A DNA stretch of 64,000 nucleotides, from positions 242,327,198 through 242,391,197 of the forward strand of contig NC_133622.1 of NCBI RefSeq assembly GCF_048593235.1. The letters are read 5' to 3'. The notes under the pieces are model-generated. The model saw nothing but the letters and a program-made list of their open reading frames with translations, searched no databases and was not told the DNA's origin. The stretch is from Sminthopsis crassicaudata. Taxonomy: Eukaryota. The translations under genes were made by a program, and so were the position numbers. This document shows, piece after piece, positions 36,606-49,202 of this stretch. Numbering within the stretch: position 1 is the stretch's first letter; each line of letters opens with the position of its first letter.

Positions 36606-38093
36606 TTTCTGTGTAAATGATGGTAAAAAGAGCAATTTGCTTAAATACATAGATATATTTTTTTAGTTTCTGTTATGCCTTTTATCAGATTTTGGTCAAG
36701 TTGTGGATTTCAGCTTCCTCTTTTGTTTAACTGGAGTGATGCATATGTTGTCATCTAAATACCAAGAATGTTTTCTATTTTAAGTTGTGTGATGAATTGA
36801 AACATCGTGTCCACTGTGAACCTAAGGACTATTTCATGAACTTATTTTTTTTAAAGCCACAAAAATGGATTGATCAAGAATCTCCTCCAATTATAAAGAC
36901 AGAGTAATTGGATCATGAGCTTTGGCCATGAAGCCTTATAAAGTAGAGATATGATCAGTTACGAAATGGCCTAAATCCAAGGGGGAAAAAAATGAGCTTA
37001 GCATAGAATGGACAAAAGTAAACCACCTCACTTAATTTCTTCAGTGTAAAAACAAAAAAGCACCCTACCCAAATCATACATAAATACATCTTATACATAT
37101 ACATATAGAGATATAGATAGATATATACAAGTTGATATGTGTGCATGTATATATGTGTGCATATGTAAATATATATGAATATACAAATGTGTGTATCATT
37201 TTGAACACATCAATCAAATTTCTTCTGTTTCTTTTTACTTCATTTTGCCTAGGTAGTTAGTGTACTATCTTTAAAAAAACAAAAAACAAAAAACAAAACT
37301 CCATTTACATCAAAATATCTATCTATTAATCTAACTATAGCAATTATATAGTTATATAGTACATTCATTGATTCTTCTATAAAAGGGCTGACCTGGGGTT
37401 GCAGAAAATATGAACATTTAATGATAAATGATAAATTGATCTATAAAAGGAAAAAACAAAAAACAGATCACTAGGAAAGCAAGGGCAGTCAGCCTATAAT
37501 ACATGACAATATGTGAATGTCATAGGCTAATAGAATGTATATGAACCTAATACTAGTTAAGGAAGCTATTCTTTCCCCCCTTTACTGACTATATGATCCA
37601 TCCTCCAAAAGCATGGGATCTGCCATATCCAAAAAGTCAGTATAATAGTCTTTACTTTATGCCCTGTATTGCATTCTGTTGATCTGTGCTATGTTAAGAA
37701 TAAAATGGGAAAATAAGACACCTTTTATTAGCTACAAAAATTACAAATTCCTTTGGGGAGATAAAAAACAAACAGAAGGAACAACAACTTTTAATTGGAT
37801 TTGGAATTCTAAAAATTGAATATATCTTCTAAAAGTTGGTGTCCTGGAACAAAAGATTTTCATGGATTTTAACTATTATCCTGTTTACTTGAAAATAAAT
37901 GCAGATGTTTTGAACTCACTTCAAATCACTACTCTTGGAGGTGTTTCTTTTCTTTTCTTTTCTTTTTTTTTAATCCCTAGCCATTATTTTCTTTCACTTT
38001 CAGGGTTTATTCCATTTTGCAAAGAAACTGAAAAATATTGTGATTCAGTAATATTGTTGAAAATAACTGGGATCAAAACATTTATAGATGCTT

Positions 38094-38097
<4 letters not shown>

Positions 38098-38148
<51 letters not shown>
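38098..38148. repeat. (TA)n microsatellite, about 25 units
   Basis: Direct reading; about 95 nt upstream of the OR5M3 acceptor. Confidence 0.97.
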
Positions 38149-38151
<3 letters not shown>

Positions 38152-38289
38152 AGTGAAGCTGAGGCAATATTGGGAAAATGTAATAAAGGGAAAAAAATAA
38201 ATGAAATAATTATTAGTACGTTTCACCTTTATTTATCTCATTAGGAAAAAATAAAGCAATAGATCTGCCTCAAGACCAGATTGAAGAAA

Positions 38290-39222
38290 ATGCTCAATTT
38301 CACTGATGTGACAGAATTTATTCTTCTTGGACTGACAAATCGCCAGGAATTACAAGTTATTTTCTTTGTCATCTTTCTAATAGTTTATATAATCACCATT
38401 GTGGGAAATGTGAGCATGATTATCCTAATCAAGGTCAGTCCCCAGCTCAGCAGCCCCATGTACTTCTTCCTCAGCCACCTGTCCTTTGTGGATGTATGGT
38501 TCTCTACCAATGTCACACCCAAAATGCTAGAAAATTTGATATCAGAGAATAAAACTATTTCCTATGCCAGTTGTTTAATTCAATGCTTTTTCTTCATTGC
38601 TCTTGTGCATGTAGAAATCTTTATCTTGGCTGTGATGGCCTTTGATCGTTACATGGCAATTGGTAACCCTTTACTATATGGCAGTAAAATGTCAAGAATT
38701 GTTTGTATTCGATTAATCTCTTTCCCTTATATATATGGGTTCCTCACTAGTTTGGCAGCAACACTGTGGACTTATGGTTTGTATTTCTGTGGAAATATTG
38801 AAATCAACCATTTCTATTGTGCAGATCCTCCACTTATCAAAATGGCCTGTGGTGGAACATATGTAAAGGAGTATACAATGATAATTCTTGCTGGTATTAA
38901 CTTCACATACTCCTTGTCTGTCATAATCATTTCTTATCTCTTTATTCTCATTGCTATCCTTCGAATGCATTCTGCAGAAGGAAGGAGGAAAGCCTTCTCC
39001 ACTTGTGGATCCCACTTGACAGCAGTTGTTATATTTTATGGGACTCTCATTTTTATGTATCTCAGGCGCCCCACTGAGGAGTCAGTGGAGCAGGGAAAAA
39101 TGGTGGCTGTGTTTTATACCACAGTTATCCCCATGCTGAATCCCATGATCTACAGTCTGAGAAACAAAGATGTGAAAGAGGCCATGAACAAAGTCATCAG
39201 CAGAACATGTCTAGCCAAATAA
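38290..39222 (+). CDS. OR5M3: Olfactory receptor OR5M3 orthologue, intact, 310 aa
   Basis: Starts [10 protein letters not shown]; diagnostic [36 protein letters not shown] and [22 protein letters not shown], matching human OR5M3 as recalled. ATG at 38290; acceptor AG at 38243-38244. Confidence 0.95.
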   Translation: MLNFTDVTEFILLGLTNRQELQVIFFVIFLIVYIITIVGNVSMIILIKVSPQLSSPMYFFLSHLSFVDVWFSTNVTPKMLENLISENKTISYASCLIQCFFFIALVHVEIFILAVMAFDRYMAIGNPLLYGSKMSRIVCIRLISFPYIYGFLTSLAATLWTYGLYFCGNIEINHFYCADPPLIKMACGGTYVKEYTMIILAGINFTYSLSVIIISYLFILIAILRMHSAEGRRKAFSTCGSHLTAVVIFYGTLIFMYLRRPTEESVEQGKMVAVFYTTVIPMLNPMIYSLRNKDVKEAMNKVISRTCLAK

Positions 39223-39489
39223 AAAAATTCCTTATAAATTCTGTAAACATTTGATCTTGAATGGGTGACCTATAGGTATGGGAATGAATAGCCATGAGTT
39301 AGTAATTTTTTCTACTGTCATTTTGAGGGGTAAGGGACAAAATAATGAATTCAACTAGGTCTGTTCCAGAGAATGCATCTATAATAACTTTCAACAATCT
39401 CTTCTTTAACTGTAACAATTGAAGCCCATTAAGGCTATAAAGTGAAAAATTCTATACAGATATAGCAATTGTAAAGCATTAACATTTTC

Positions 39490-40880
39490 ATGTCTAGTCA
39501 ATAAGCATATATTATGCACATGCTCTGTGTCAGGAACTGTATTAAACATTTTTGGGTACATAGAAAGTTTAAAAAGAAAAAAAAATTAGTCCACACCTCT
39601 CAGATTGGCCAAAATGACATGAAAAAAAAAATAATAATGACAATGTTGGAGGGGATGTGGGAAAACTGGGACACCAATGCATTATGGGTGGAGTTATGAA
39701 CTGATTCAAGCATTCTGGAAATCAATTTGGAAATATGCCCAAAAGGCTATCAAACTGGGCATAGTCTTTGATCCAGTGGGGTTTTTATTGGGCTTGTATC
39801 CTAAAGAGATCATAAAGGAGGGAAAGGGATCCACATGTGCTAAAATGTTTGTAGAAGCCCTTTTTTGTAGTGGTAAGAAAATGGAAACTGAATAGATGCC
39901 CATCAGTTGGAGAATGGCTGAACAAGTTATAATATGAATGCTATGTAATATTATTGTTTTGTAAGAAATGATCAGCAGGATTTCAGAGAAGCCTGGAGAG
40001 ACTTACATGAACTGATGTGAAGTGAAATGAGCAGAAACAGGAGATCATTATACATGGCAACAGTAATATTATATGATAATCAATTCTGATGGACGTGGCT
40101 CTCATCAACAATAAGGTGATTCAGACTAATTTCAATGGTCTTGTGATGAACGTTGAAGAAAACCATCGGCAGCTAGAGAGAAAACAATGGGAACTATGGA
40201 CCATAATATAGTATTTTGTTGTGCCCTTGAATTTTGTTTTGTTTCTCATTTTGTTTTCCATTTTGATATGATTTTTTTGGTGCAGCATGATATTTGTGGA
40301 AAATATGTTTAGAAGAATTGTACATGTTTAATATATTGGATCACTTGCTTACTGAGAGAGAACGTGGGGGGAAGGAAGGGAAACAATTAGAATGCAGGGT
40401 TATGGAGGGGTGAATGTGGAAAATTATCCATGTATATATTAATAAAATAAAAAAGCTTTAATTAAAGAAAATTAAAAGTCCCCACTTTTAAGGAGCTCTC
40501 AGTCTAATGAGAAGACAATATATAAATACATATGCACAGACTATAGATGCTATGACACATTAGAGATAATCACATAAGAAAAGCTTTAACATTAAAGACA
40601 ATCAAAAAAGACTTCCTGTACAATGTAGGATTTTAACTGTTCTTATGGGAAGCCAAGATTTGAAGATTAGGAGGGAGAGCATTTTAAAAAAGAGATTCTG
40701 AATTTATCCTGTGGTGAATAACAAAGACACAAGTATTATTGGATCAAAGTGTATACATATGAGGAAAATGGTTGCGAAGACTGGAAAGGAAGGACCAGTT
40801 TAGGTAATGCATAGTTTAAAAACCAAAGTATTTTGAATTTGATCTTAAAAGTAATAGGAAGTCATGAGAGCTAAAAATAG
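39490..40880 (-). mobile_element. L2 3'-end remnant split by the L1 above
   Basis: GTCAATAAGCAT...TGTGTCAGGAACTGT (39495-39545) continues as AGTCCC...AAGGAGCTCTCAGTCTAATG (40478 onward). Confidence 0.55.
39590..40470 (+). mobile_element. 5'-truncated L1 (ORF2 C-terminus plus 3'UTR) inserted into an L2 remnant
   Basis: CW.GCGKTGT, WKSIWKYAQKAIKL and LLGLYPKEI remnants; 3'UTR with AATAAAAAAGCTTTAATT. The flanks join into an L2-type sequence. Confidence 0.9.
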
Positions 40881-41304
40881 TTTTTCAGTTCCTGAAAATA
40901 AAAAGTTTGGTGATACTCCTCCCTCACTTCTTCATAGGACTACTGTGTAGACAGAATGAGAATGAACAACTGCAACTACTTTATAGTAACATACATATAC
41001 AATGTGATATTTGCTAATTATATCCTTGTGCAAGTCACATAATTTCTTTAAACTTTAGTTTTCTAAATTGTAAAATTAGGGAAGTAGACTTGAGGAGCCT
41101 CAAGTGTTCTCTCATATAAATCTTTGATGTCTGATTTAAAATCTATATATATTTTTTGATCCTTCAGTTTTCTCATCTGTAAAATGGATATAACATTCCA
41201 TGAATTCTCTATCCTACCAGCTTTGTGGAATTATTACATTCTAAGGCCCATGCTTCTTCACCTATAACATAAGTTGTAATTCAGTGATCAACTATAAAAA
41301 TATA

Positions 41305-41311
<7 letters not shown>

Positions 41312-41346
<35 letters not shown>
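41312..41346. repeat. (TA)n microsatellite
   Basis: Direct reading. Confidence 0.95.
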
Positions 41347-41349
<3 letters not shown>

Positions 41350-42146
41350 GTGTGTGTTTTATATATAAATATATACATTTATAATTAATATATTCTAAAT
41401 ATACTAGTCATTATTTTACATCATCTACCTTCCCCCTTCTCTTTAATAAGAGAAAATTGTGGTAGATAAAATTCTCAGGTCCTTTTTAGCACTTAAACTA
41501 CATACTTCCATGATCCTCCTTATTTTCTTTGTCTTACAATAATTATTTAGCCTACAAAACTAGAATTGTCTTTGTTTAATTACATTGTTGATTATTTTAC
41601 CAAGGTCAGTGGTAAACTTTTTCAAAACTGATTCTTCTTAGCATAATGGGTATCCACTTGGTTTACAGAAATGAACTTTCAAATAGTTTTTTTTAACTTA
41701 ACAAAGATTGCATTTAACTAGGGAATTTATACACATTAACTAATCATTTACAATGTGCAAGATACTTTGTTTCAGTCCTGGTTAAAAATCTGACTGAATT
41801 ATACTATTGCCTTGGATAATCAAACCAATCCTCCCATATTTGGTAGAAATCAAATCTCAGGGTGATAGAAGGTTAAGCAGAAACTAAATAGAACTGAATG
41901 ACTGGGTAGGATAAATTTAAATTGTTTGAGAATTTAAGTCTAACTACTTTTAGACTAGATCTAACCAGTCTAAGTACTAGGCCACATCTAAAAAAGGGCA
42001 TAACTTTTCAGTGAAATATTAAAAATTCCAGGTTTCTATATAGAAACCAGAAAAGTAAAGTTTCTTCTTAATCTCAAATTCAGGATTTTTCCCCTATAAA
42101 TTGTTGTGTTTTCTGGGGAAATTATTGAAAATATATCATGACAATG

Positions 42147-42262
42147 CAGCTAGATGGTACAGTAGATGGAATGAAGTCAGGATGACCTTAATTCAAATCC
42201 AGCTGCAGACACTGGTAGCTCTGTGATACTGGGCAATTCATTTAATCCCAATTGCTTCAAAT
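42147..42262 (+). mobile_element. Diverged WSINE1/CORE-SINE
   Basis: GCAGCTAGATGGTACAGTAGAT...AATTCAAATCCAGC...GGGCAATTCATTTAATCCCAATTGC. Confidence 0.75.
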
Positions 42263-43447
42263 ATAGTAATAACAATTTTAATTATAGTTAAAAGTATAAT
42301 TCTCATGAAATGTATATTTTAAAATTTCTATCAACTCACTTCTAGAGAATTATATCTCCAATAAAATAAATTTAAGTGAAGTAAATTTAATCTTGCATTT
42401 ATATATAAAAAGAAGTGTGAAGCGGGAGGGAATTTATTTAGCACCTAATATAAGTTAAGCATTGTGTTAAATGCTAATCTTTTTCAACCTCTAAACCAAT
42501 ACAACAACCATCCTTATAGGTATTTATGAAAGAGATGACAGTTTAGTTCTCTGATATCAAATGAGATGCTTCCAAAACTCTAAATACAGTGGATGGCAAA
42601 TAGTAGGCACTATAAAATGTTTCTTTCCTCACTTCTTCCCTTAACCATTTAGTTAAACAAGCATTTACCAATCAATTAACAAATTATTTTTCTTTCTCCT
42701 CAATATCTCTATTCTTTTCTCTCCCTTAGCCACAAAGTACCTTTTTCACCTGGAGAATTATAGCAATCTTAAATAATCACTCTGTTTCAAGTATCTGTTA
42801 ATTATGAAGTTAATTAATTGATCAAGTGGCATGGTAAACAGTGAGGCAAACACAAAGAGAGGCAACCCAATTGGCCAAGACGTTGGCCAAGGCAACTCAA
42901 CTTTCAGATGTTAGAGGACTTTAGCCATTTCTTTTTCTGTTCTCCCAATGGTTTACATCAATAAGTAAATATTAATGTGCTCTAGGGGCTGATACTTCAT
43001 TTTAAATAATTTTAGTGAAAATTTTCCAATCATTTCATGTATAAGTGAACTATTTGTCTAAAAGAAAGACAGAATTACAAGCACTCTTATGACAATGAAT
43101 TGCTCATAAATTGAAAATAGCCTTTGGATATCATTATCTTTATTTTCTGCTCCGCTACTTTTATTTCTTTTAGTTAACTGGAAAAATAAGAAAATGGTCC
43201 ATCTCCCATTGCCTCTCCTGATTAAACTTCTCATGAAATGCTTTTTCTAATTGAATTGAGGCTAAGTATGAAATAAGCTCCTCCATCTCCTACACTGACT
43301 TCTCCATGGAGACTTCCCGTCATAATTTATCAAGAATTGAACAGCTAGGTGATCCTAGAAATAGTTTCAGACTTGGAGTCAGAAAGACCTAAATTAAAAC
43401 TAGGCCTCTATATGATGGAGGCCACAGTAACACCTACATTTTCTATT

Positions 43448-43680
43448 AGGACAGTTAATTGGCACAATGGATAGAGTAGCTGAGTCAGGAAGAATCATCT
43501 TCATGAGTTAAAATCTAGCCCATTGTATTTTACCCTAGGCAAGTCATTTAACCCAGTTTGTCTTAGCTTTCCTATCTATAAAATATTCTGGAAAGGAAAC
43601 TGGAAAAAAACTCTATCATCTGCCAAGGAAACCCCAAATAGGCTCACAAAGAGTTGGACACAATTGAAAATTTACAATAA
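43448..43680 (+). mobile_element. Mar1-type SINE
   Basis: CORE plus RTE tail GAAAGGAAACTGGAAAA...GCCAAGGAAACCCCAAAT...AAAGAGTTGGACACAATTGAA. Confidence 0.75.
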
Positions 43681-44074
43681 AATTTTCCTAGGTTCCTTGA
43701 ATTGTGAGGAACCTAAAAATGGAGCCTGGTGTCATCCCATAAAAAGCTTTAAATAAGTGCACCAGTACTTTGTGATTCTCCCACAATCGGCTACTTGAGA
43801 AACTAAAGAAAATCTTGGAATCAAGCAAATTTCCCATAAAAAAGGTGCTGTGCTGGTATTACTGCAGGCTGTCTCAATGGCATTGTGCATCAAGATGTGT
43901 GCATTGAAAATCACTTCCCTATATTTTTTCTGAAAGACAATCCCATGTTTAGTTTACCCTGTGTCACATAGTAGGTTCTTAATAAATGCTAATCAAATGA
44001 ACAACTTTGACCAATATAAGCAACTGTTTTAGAGTAAAATAATTCCTGAAGTAGCTAGGAAAAACATTAGACAG

Positions 44075-44325
44075 AGGGGCAGCTAGATGATTCAATACAG
44101 AGAGTGCTGGGTCTGGAGTCAAGATTAATTTTCTGGAGTTCAAATCTGTCCTTAAACACTAACAATTGGGTAATCCTAGGCATGTCATTAAACCCTTATT
44201 GTCTCAGGTTCCTCATATATAAAATGAGCTAGAAAAGGAAATGGCAAACTATTCCATTTTATTTGCTAATAGAATTCCATATTGGATGATTAAAATTGGA
44301 TATGACTCAAAAAATTCAATAAAAA
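44075..44325 (+). mobile_element. Mar1-type SINE
   Basis: AGGGGCAGCTAGATG...GAGTTCAAATCTG...GAGCTAGAAAAGGAAATGGCAAACTATTCC. Confidence 0.78.
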
Positions 44326-44659
44326 AGTAGATAAATTGCTAGTGAGGACATCAAGACAATCTGACTGCAAATTCTGCCTCAAACATTCATTAGGATCTTT
44401 TGGAATACAAAGAAAAACAAAAACTAATCTTGTCTGCTTATGGGGCAGTGAGGTATTTCCGAGCTGCCTCTACAGATAACAAGATCCTAACGAATTTAAA
44501 TATCAACTTAGTTTTGCAATACACTTTACATGTTATCTCACTTGATCTTCAAGAAATGTCATGAAGTAGGAGCTTTTGTTATCTCCATTTTATAAACAGT
44601 AATACTGAAACTGAGAGAGTTTAAAAGACTTGGCCAGGATCATATAACTAATAAATGTT

Positions 44660-45549
44660 TGAGATCTTTAAAGAGAGCTAGAAGAAAAATGAGGAAAGGA
44701 AAGGAAAGCTTTACAAGAAGGTCTGGATAAGGCATATAGCGCATTAAAAGATTGAGTGGAAAAAGAAAACAACTCTGCAAAATAGAATTTGTGAATTAGA
44801 AAAAGAAAATAGCTCCTTTAAAAAGTAGAATTGGTGAAATGGGAAAAAAAATCCATAGAATAAAATAACTCATTTAAAAACTCAATTGAACAATTATGAA
44901 AAAGAAATTTAAAAAGTAAATGAAGAAAATAATTAAAAATCAGAATTGAACAAATGGAAATAAATGACTTGAGGAGACATTAAGAATCAGTTAAGCAAAA
45001 CCAAAAAAATGAAAAAATAGAAAAAAGTGCTAAATACCTACTTGGGAAAACAGATCTAGAAGAGATAATCTAAGGATTATTGGACTCCCTAAAAATTATG
45101 ATTAAAAAAAAGAGCCTAGACATTATTTTTGAGGAAATCATCAAAGAGAACTGCCCAGATGCCATAGAATCAGAAGGTAAAATAGCCATTGAAAGAATTC
45201 ATTGATCACCTACTGAAAGAAATATCAAAATTAAAACTCCAAGAAATATTGTGACTAAATTCCAGCACTATCAGAAAGGGAAAAATCCTACAAGCAGCCA
45301 GAAAAAAAAATTCAAATACTGAGGAGCCACAATAAGAATTACTCAGGATCTAGCAGCATCCACATTAAAGGACTGAAGGGCCTGGAATCTGATATTCCAA
45401 AAGGCAAAGGAACTTGTTATGTAGCCAAGAATAACTTCACCAAACTGAGCATTTTCTTCCAGGGAAGAAGATGGACATTCAATGAAATAGGTGAATTCCA
45501 TATATTTCTGATGAAAAAACTAAAGCTAAACAAAATAATTGACTTCTAT
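44660..45549 (+). mobile_element. L1 ORF1 fragment (degraded)
   Basis: Coiled-coil and RRM/CTD remnants (RDNLRIIGLP, EIIKENCPD, RITQDLAASTLKD, AWNLIFQKAKE); ends just before the ORF1 stop. Confidence 0.85.
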
Positions 45550-47655
45550 AATGCCTAGTTTCTGCCATACTAGTTTCCAATTTGTCCAGAAGATTTTGTC
45601 AAATAATGAATTCTTATCACAAAAAAACTGGGGTCTTTGGGTTTGTCAAACACTAGATTGTTATATTCATTGATTATTTTCCCTAACCTATTTCACTGAA
45701 TGACTATGCTATTTCTTAGCCAAGACCAAGTGGTTTGATGACTGCTGTTCTATGATATTGTTATAGGTCTGATGTAGCTAAGCCCCTCACAGTGGCATTT
45801 TTTTCACTAATTCTTTTAAAATTCATAACATTTATTTCTTCCAGGTAGACTTTGTTATTATTTTTTCTAGATCTGTAAAATAATTTCTTGGGAGTTTCTA
45901 AATAAGTACATTAATTTAAGTTGTATTGTCACTTTTATTATATTTCCTCATCCTACCCATGAGCACTTGATACTTTTTTGCAACTGATTAAATCAGACTT
46001 TATTTGTGTGGAAATTGTTTTGTAGTTGTGTTCATATAGTTCCTGACTTTCCCTTAGCAGATAGATTCCCAAATATTTTATATTACCAAGTTATTTTGAA
46101 AGGAATTTCTTTTTGTATCATTTGCTACTGGACTTCATTGGCAATATATTAAAATGCTGATAATTTATATGGATTTATTTTATATCCTGCAACTTTGCTA
46201 AAGTTGTGAATTGTTTCTGGTAGTTTTTTTTTTTTTTTTTTTTTTTAGTTGATTCTCTAGGGTTCTCTTAGAATACTATCATATCATCTGTAAAGAGCCA
46301 TAATTTGGCTTTCTCATTACCTACTCTGATTTCCTTAATCTCCTTTTCTTCTTTTATTGCCAAAGTTGAAATTTCTAATACAATATTAAATACTAATGGT
46401 GACAGTGGGCAACCTTGTTTTACTCCTGAGCTTATTGGGAATTGGGAATTCTAGTTTGTTCCCATTACATATAATGTTTGCTGATGGTTTTAAATGGATG
46501 CTACTGATCATTTTAAGGAAAAGTCCATTTATTCCTATACCCTCCAGTGTTTTTAGTAGGAATGAGTGCTGGATTTTCTGCATCTCTTGAGATAATCATA
46601 TGATTTTTATTAGTTTGATTGTAGATAGAGTCAGTTATGCCAATAGTTTCCCCAAAATTGAACCACCCTAGATTCCTGGTATAAATTCTACTTGATTCTG
46701 TAATGTCTTTGATAATATCTTATTTAAGATTTTTGCATCACTATTCATTAGAGAAATTGGTCTATAATTTTAGATTATATAAATGATGTAAATGGTCAAT
46801 AAACCAAGATGGTTTAGGTATTAGCACCATAGCTATGTCACAAGAGGAATTTATTAGGATTCCTGCTTTCCCTATTTTTGAAATATTTTGCATAGTATCG
46901 GAATTAATTGTTCTTTAAATATTTGGTAGAATTTAAATGTAAATCCAATTAGCCCTGGAGATTTTTTTCTTACAGAGTTGATTAATGGCTTGTTATATTT
47001 CTTTGTCTGAAATGGGATTACTTAAATAATTTATTTTCTCTTCTGTTAATCTGGGCAATCTGTATTTTTATAGATTCCACTTGGATTATCAAATTTATTG
47101 ACATATATTTGGCCAAAATTACTCATAGTTTTTGCTTTAATTTCCTTTTCATTGATGGAAAGTTCTCTCTTTTCATTTTTGATACTAATAATTTGATTTT
47201 CTTCTTTCCTTTTTCTAATGAAATTAACTAAAAGTTCATGTATTTTGATGATTTTTTTCATAAAACCAACTTTTAGTTTTATTTATTAATTCAGTAGTTT
47301 ACTTACTTTCAATTTTTATTTCTCTCTCCTTTTATTTTAGAACATCAAATTTGTTATTTATTTGGAGTTTCTAATTTGTTCTTTTTTGAGCCTTTTTAGT
47401 TGCAAGCCCAATTCTTTGATCTTCTCTTTTTCTATTTTATGCAAGTAAGCTTCCCTCTGTGCCAGATTGAAAAAAATATTTTTTGGAAATCTTCCAAATT
47501 ATCTTCTGTTGGAAATTTGTTACACTTCAGATATTTGTGGGTTCTGTCACTCCAAATCCAATTCAAAGGTGTTATTTACTGTCAATCTGAGGGATACTGG
47601 AAGAGCTCAGAAAAAGACGTCTCCTCTCTGTCATCTTGTCTCCAATCCTCCCCTC
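45550..47655 (-). mobile_element. Internally deleted L1: first ~200 nt of the 5'UTR (47655-47453) joined to ORF2 (47452-45550)
   Basis: 47453-47655 is the reverse complement of the L1 5' end at 29660-29830. ORF2 peptides QHSFLLKTL..IICNG and DKNSLFDK..WKLVWQKLGI; 3' end missing. Confidence 0.85.
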
Positions 47656-47979
47656 TTGGAATGACTTTAAATAAAAGGCTGTAGAAGTTTTATTTTGCTA
47701 TAAAGGCAAAGAGTCAATAAAGGTGTTTTTTTTTTTTTTATTTTGTTTTGTTTAGTAGGGGAATATTCTCATAAGATTTCTTCTTTAGGAAGACTAATTT
47801 GTCAGCTTAATACAGGATACATTTGAGAAAAGATAAAACAAAATATAAGTTTAGTTATGAGCATGTGTCAATATTTAGGGTAATAAGTAAATGACAGGCT
47901 GATATAGTGTAGTGACCATAGGATAAATGGAGTCATGAACAAAGATGTGAAATATATGATTGATAATAATAATTTGTCT

Positions 47980-48215
47980 TTATAAATTTGACTGTTTGTG
48001 AATTACTTTACACATATTATCACATTTAATTCTCACAACAGTTCTTTGAGATAAATGCTATAATTATCCCCATTTTAGAGATGAAAACATTATGTTTGAG
48101 AGAAGTGAAGCAATTGATCTAGAAGCATACACTTAATACGTGTCTGAGGATAAAGTTGAACTTTAAATTTTCTAACTCCAAGTCCAACATTATATATACT
48201 TTACCACTTAGCACC
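47980..48215 (-). mobile_element. MIR-type SINE just 3' of the OR5T gene
   Basis: TCTCACAACAGTTCTTTGAGATAAATGCTATAATTATCCCCATTTTAGAGATGAAAAC. Confidence 0.7.
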
Positions 48216-48260
48216 CTAGGTGAAGCATAACTTTCATTTTTCTCATTTTAGTATTTATTT

Positions 48261-49202
48261 CTAAGATGGAAAAGATATATTATGGATTCTCTCCAAAAAT
48301 TTTTTTAATGCCTCCTTCACATCTTTGTTCCTCAGGCTATAGATAATGGGGTTTAACATGGGAATCACAATGGTATAAAATACAGATACCACCATATCAT
48401 GGCTCAGAGAGTAGCTGGCAGAGGGCCTCAGGTACATGAAGAGGATAGTGCCATGGTAAATGGCTACCCCAGTCATATGGGAACCACAGGTAGAGAAGAC
48501 TTTTTTTCTCCCTTCAGCTGAGCGGATTCTCAGAATGGCAGCCACGATGAACCCATAAGAAACCAGAACAATCAAGATGGTGAAGATCTCAATTGAGCTC
48601 ACAAAGATGAAAAGCAGCAGTTCATTGACATGAGTATCAGAACAGGAAATGGCCAGGAGTGGAGGAATATCACAGAAGATGTGTCTGATTACGTTGGATG
48701 CACAAAAGGATAAACTAAATGTAGCGACAGTATGTAAGATGGCATGTGACACACCCCCTACATATGAACCAATAATAAGAGGCACATAAATTTGTGGCGA
48801 CATGATAGCTGAGTAAAGCAGTGGGTTGCAGATTGCAATGTAGCGGTCATATGCCATAGCAGCCAAAAGAAAACATTCAGTGGTCCCAAAAGTAACAAAG
48901 AGGAGCATTTGGGTAACACATCCAGAAAAGGAAATGGCTTTATTCTCTGCTAGGAAATTGACCAACATCTTAGGTGTGATAACTGAGGAGTAGCAAGCAT
49001 CCAAGAAAGATAAGACACTAAGGAAATGGTACATGGGGGTATGGAGTCGGGAATCAATCACAACTAATACAACTAATCCCAGATTTCCCACCAGTGTAAA
49101 GAGATAGATTGCAAGGAATAGCAGGAAGAGGAAGATCTGCAGCTCAAATCGGTCCGTGAAGCCAATTAGGACAAACATGGTAACCATGGTATCATTAGCC
49201 AT
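48261..49202 (-). CDS. Olfactory receptor, OR5T subfamily (OR5T1/OR5T3-like), intact, 313 aa
   Basis: OR5T signatures [47 protein letters not shown] and [14 protein letters not shown]; NDT site; minus-strand acceptor CTCTTGTTATTCCCAG ending at 49227. Confidence 0.95.
   Translation of the reverse strand: MANDTMVTMFVLIGFTDRFELQIFLFLLFLAIYLFTLVGNLGLVVLVVIDSRLHTPMYHFLSVLSFLDACYSSVITPKMLVNFLAENKAISFSGCVTQMLLFVTFGTTECFLLAAMAYDRYIAICNPLLYSAIMSPQIYVPLIIGSYVGGVSHAILHTVATFSLSFCASNVIRHIFCDIPPLLAISCSDTHVNELLLFIFVSSIEIFTILIVLVSYGFIVAAILRIRSAEGRKKVFSTCGSHMTGVAIYHGTILFMYLRPSASYSLSHDMVVSVFYTIVIPMLNPIIYSLRNKDVKEALKKFLERIHNISFPS

Noticed and set aside
38764-38840. 31-nt identical run between OR5M3 and OR5M9 as gene conversion
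   Set aside because: The peptide [10 protein letters not shown] is shared across OR5M genes, and the rest of the pair is rich in synonymous differences; constraint is a sufficient explanation.
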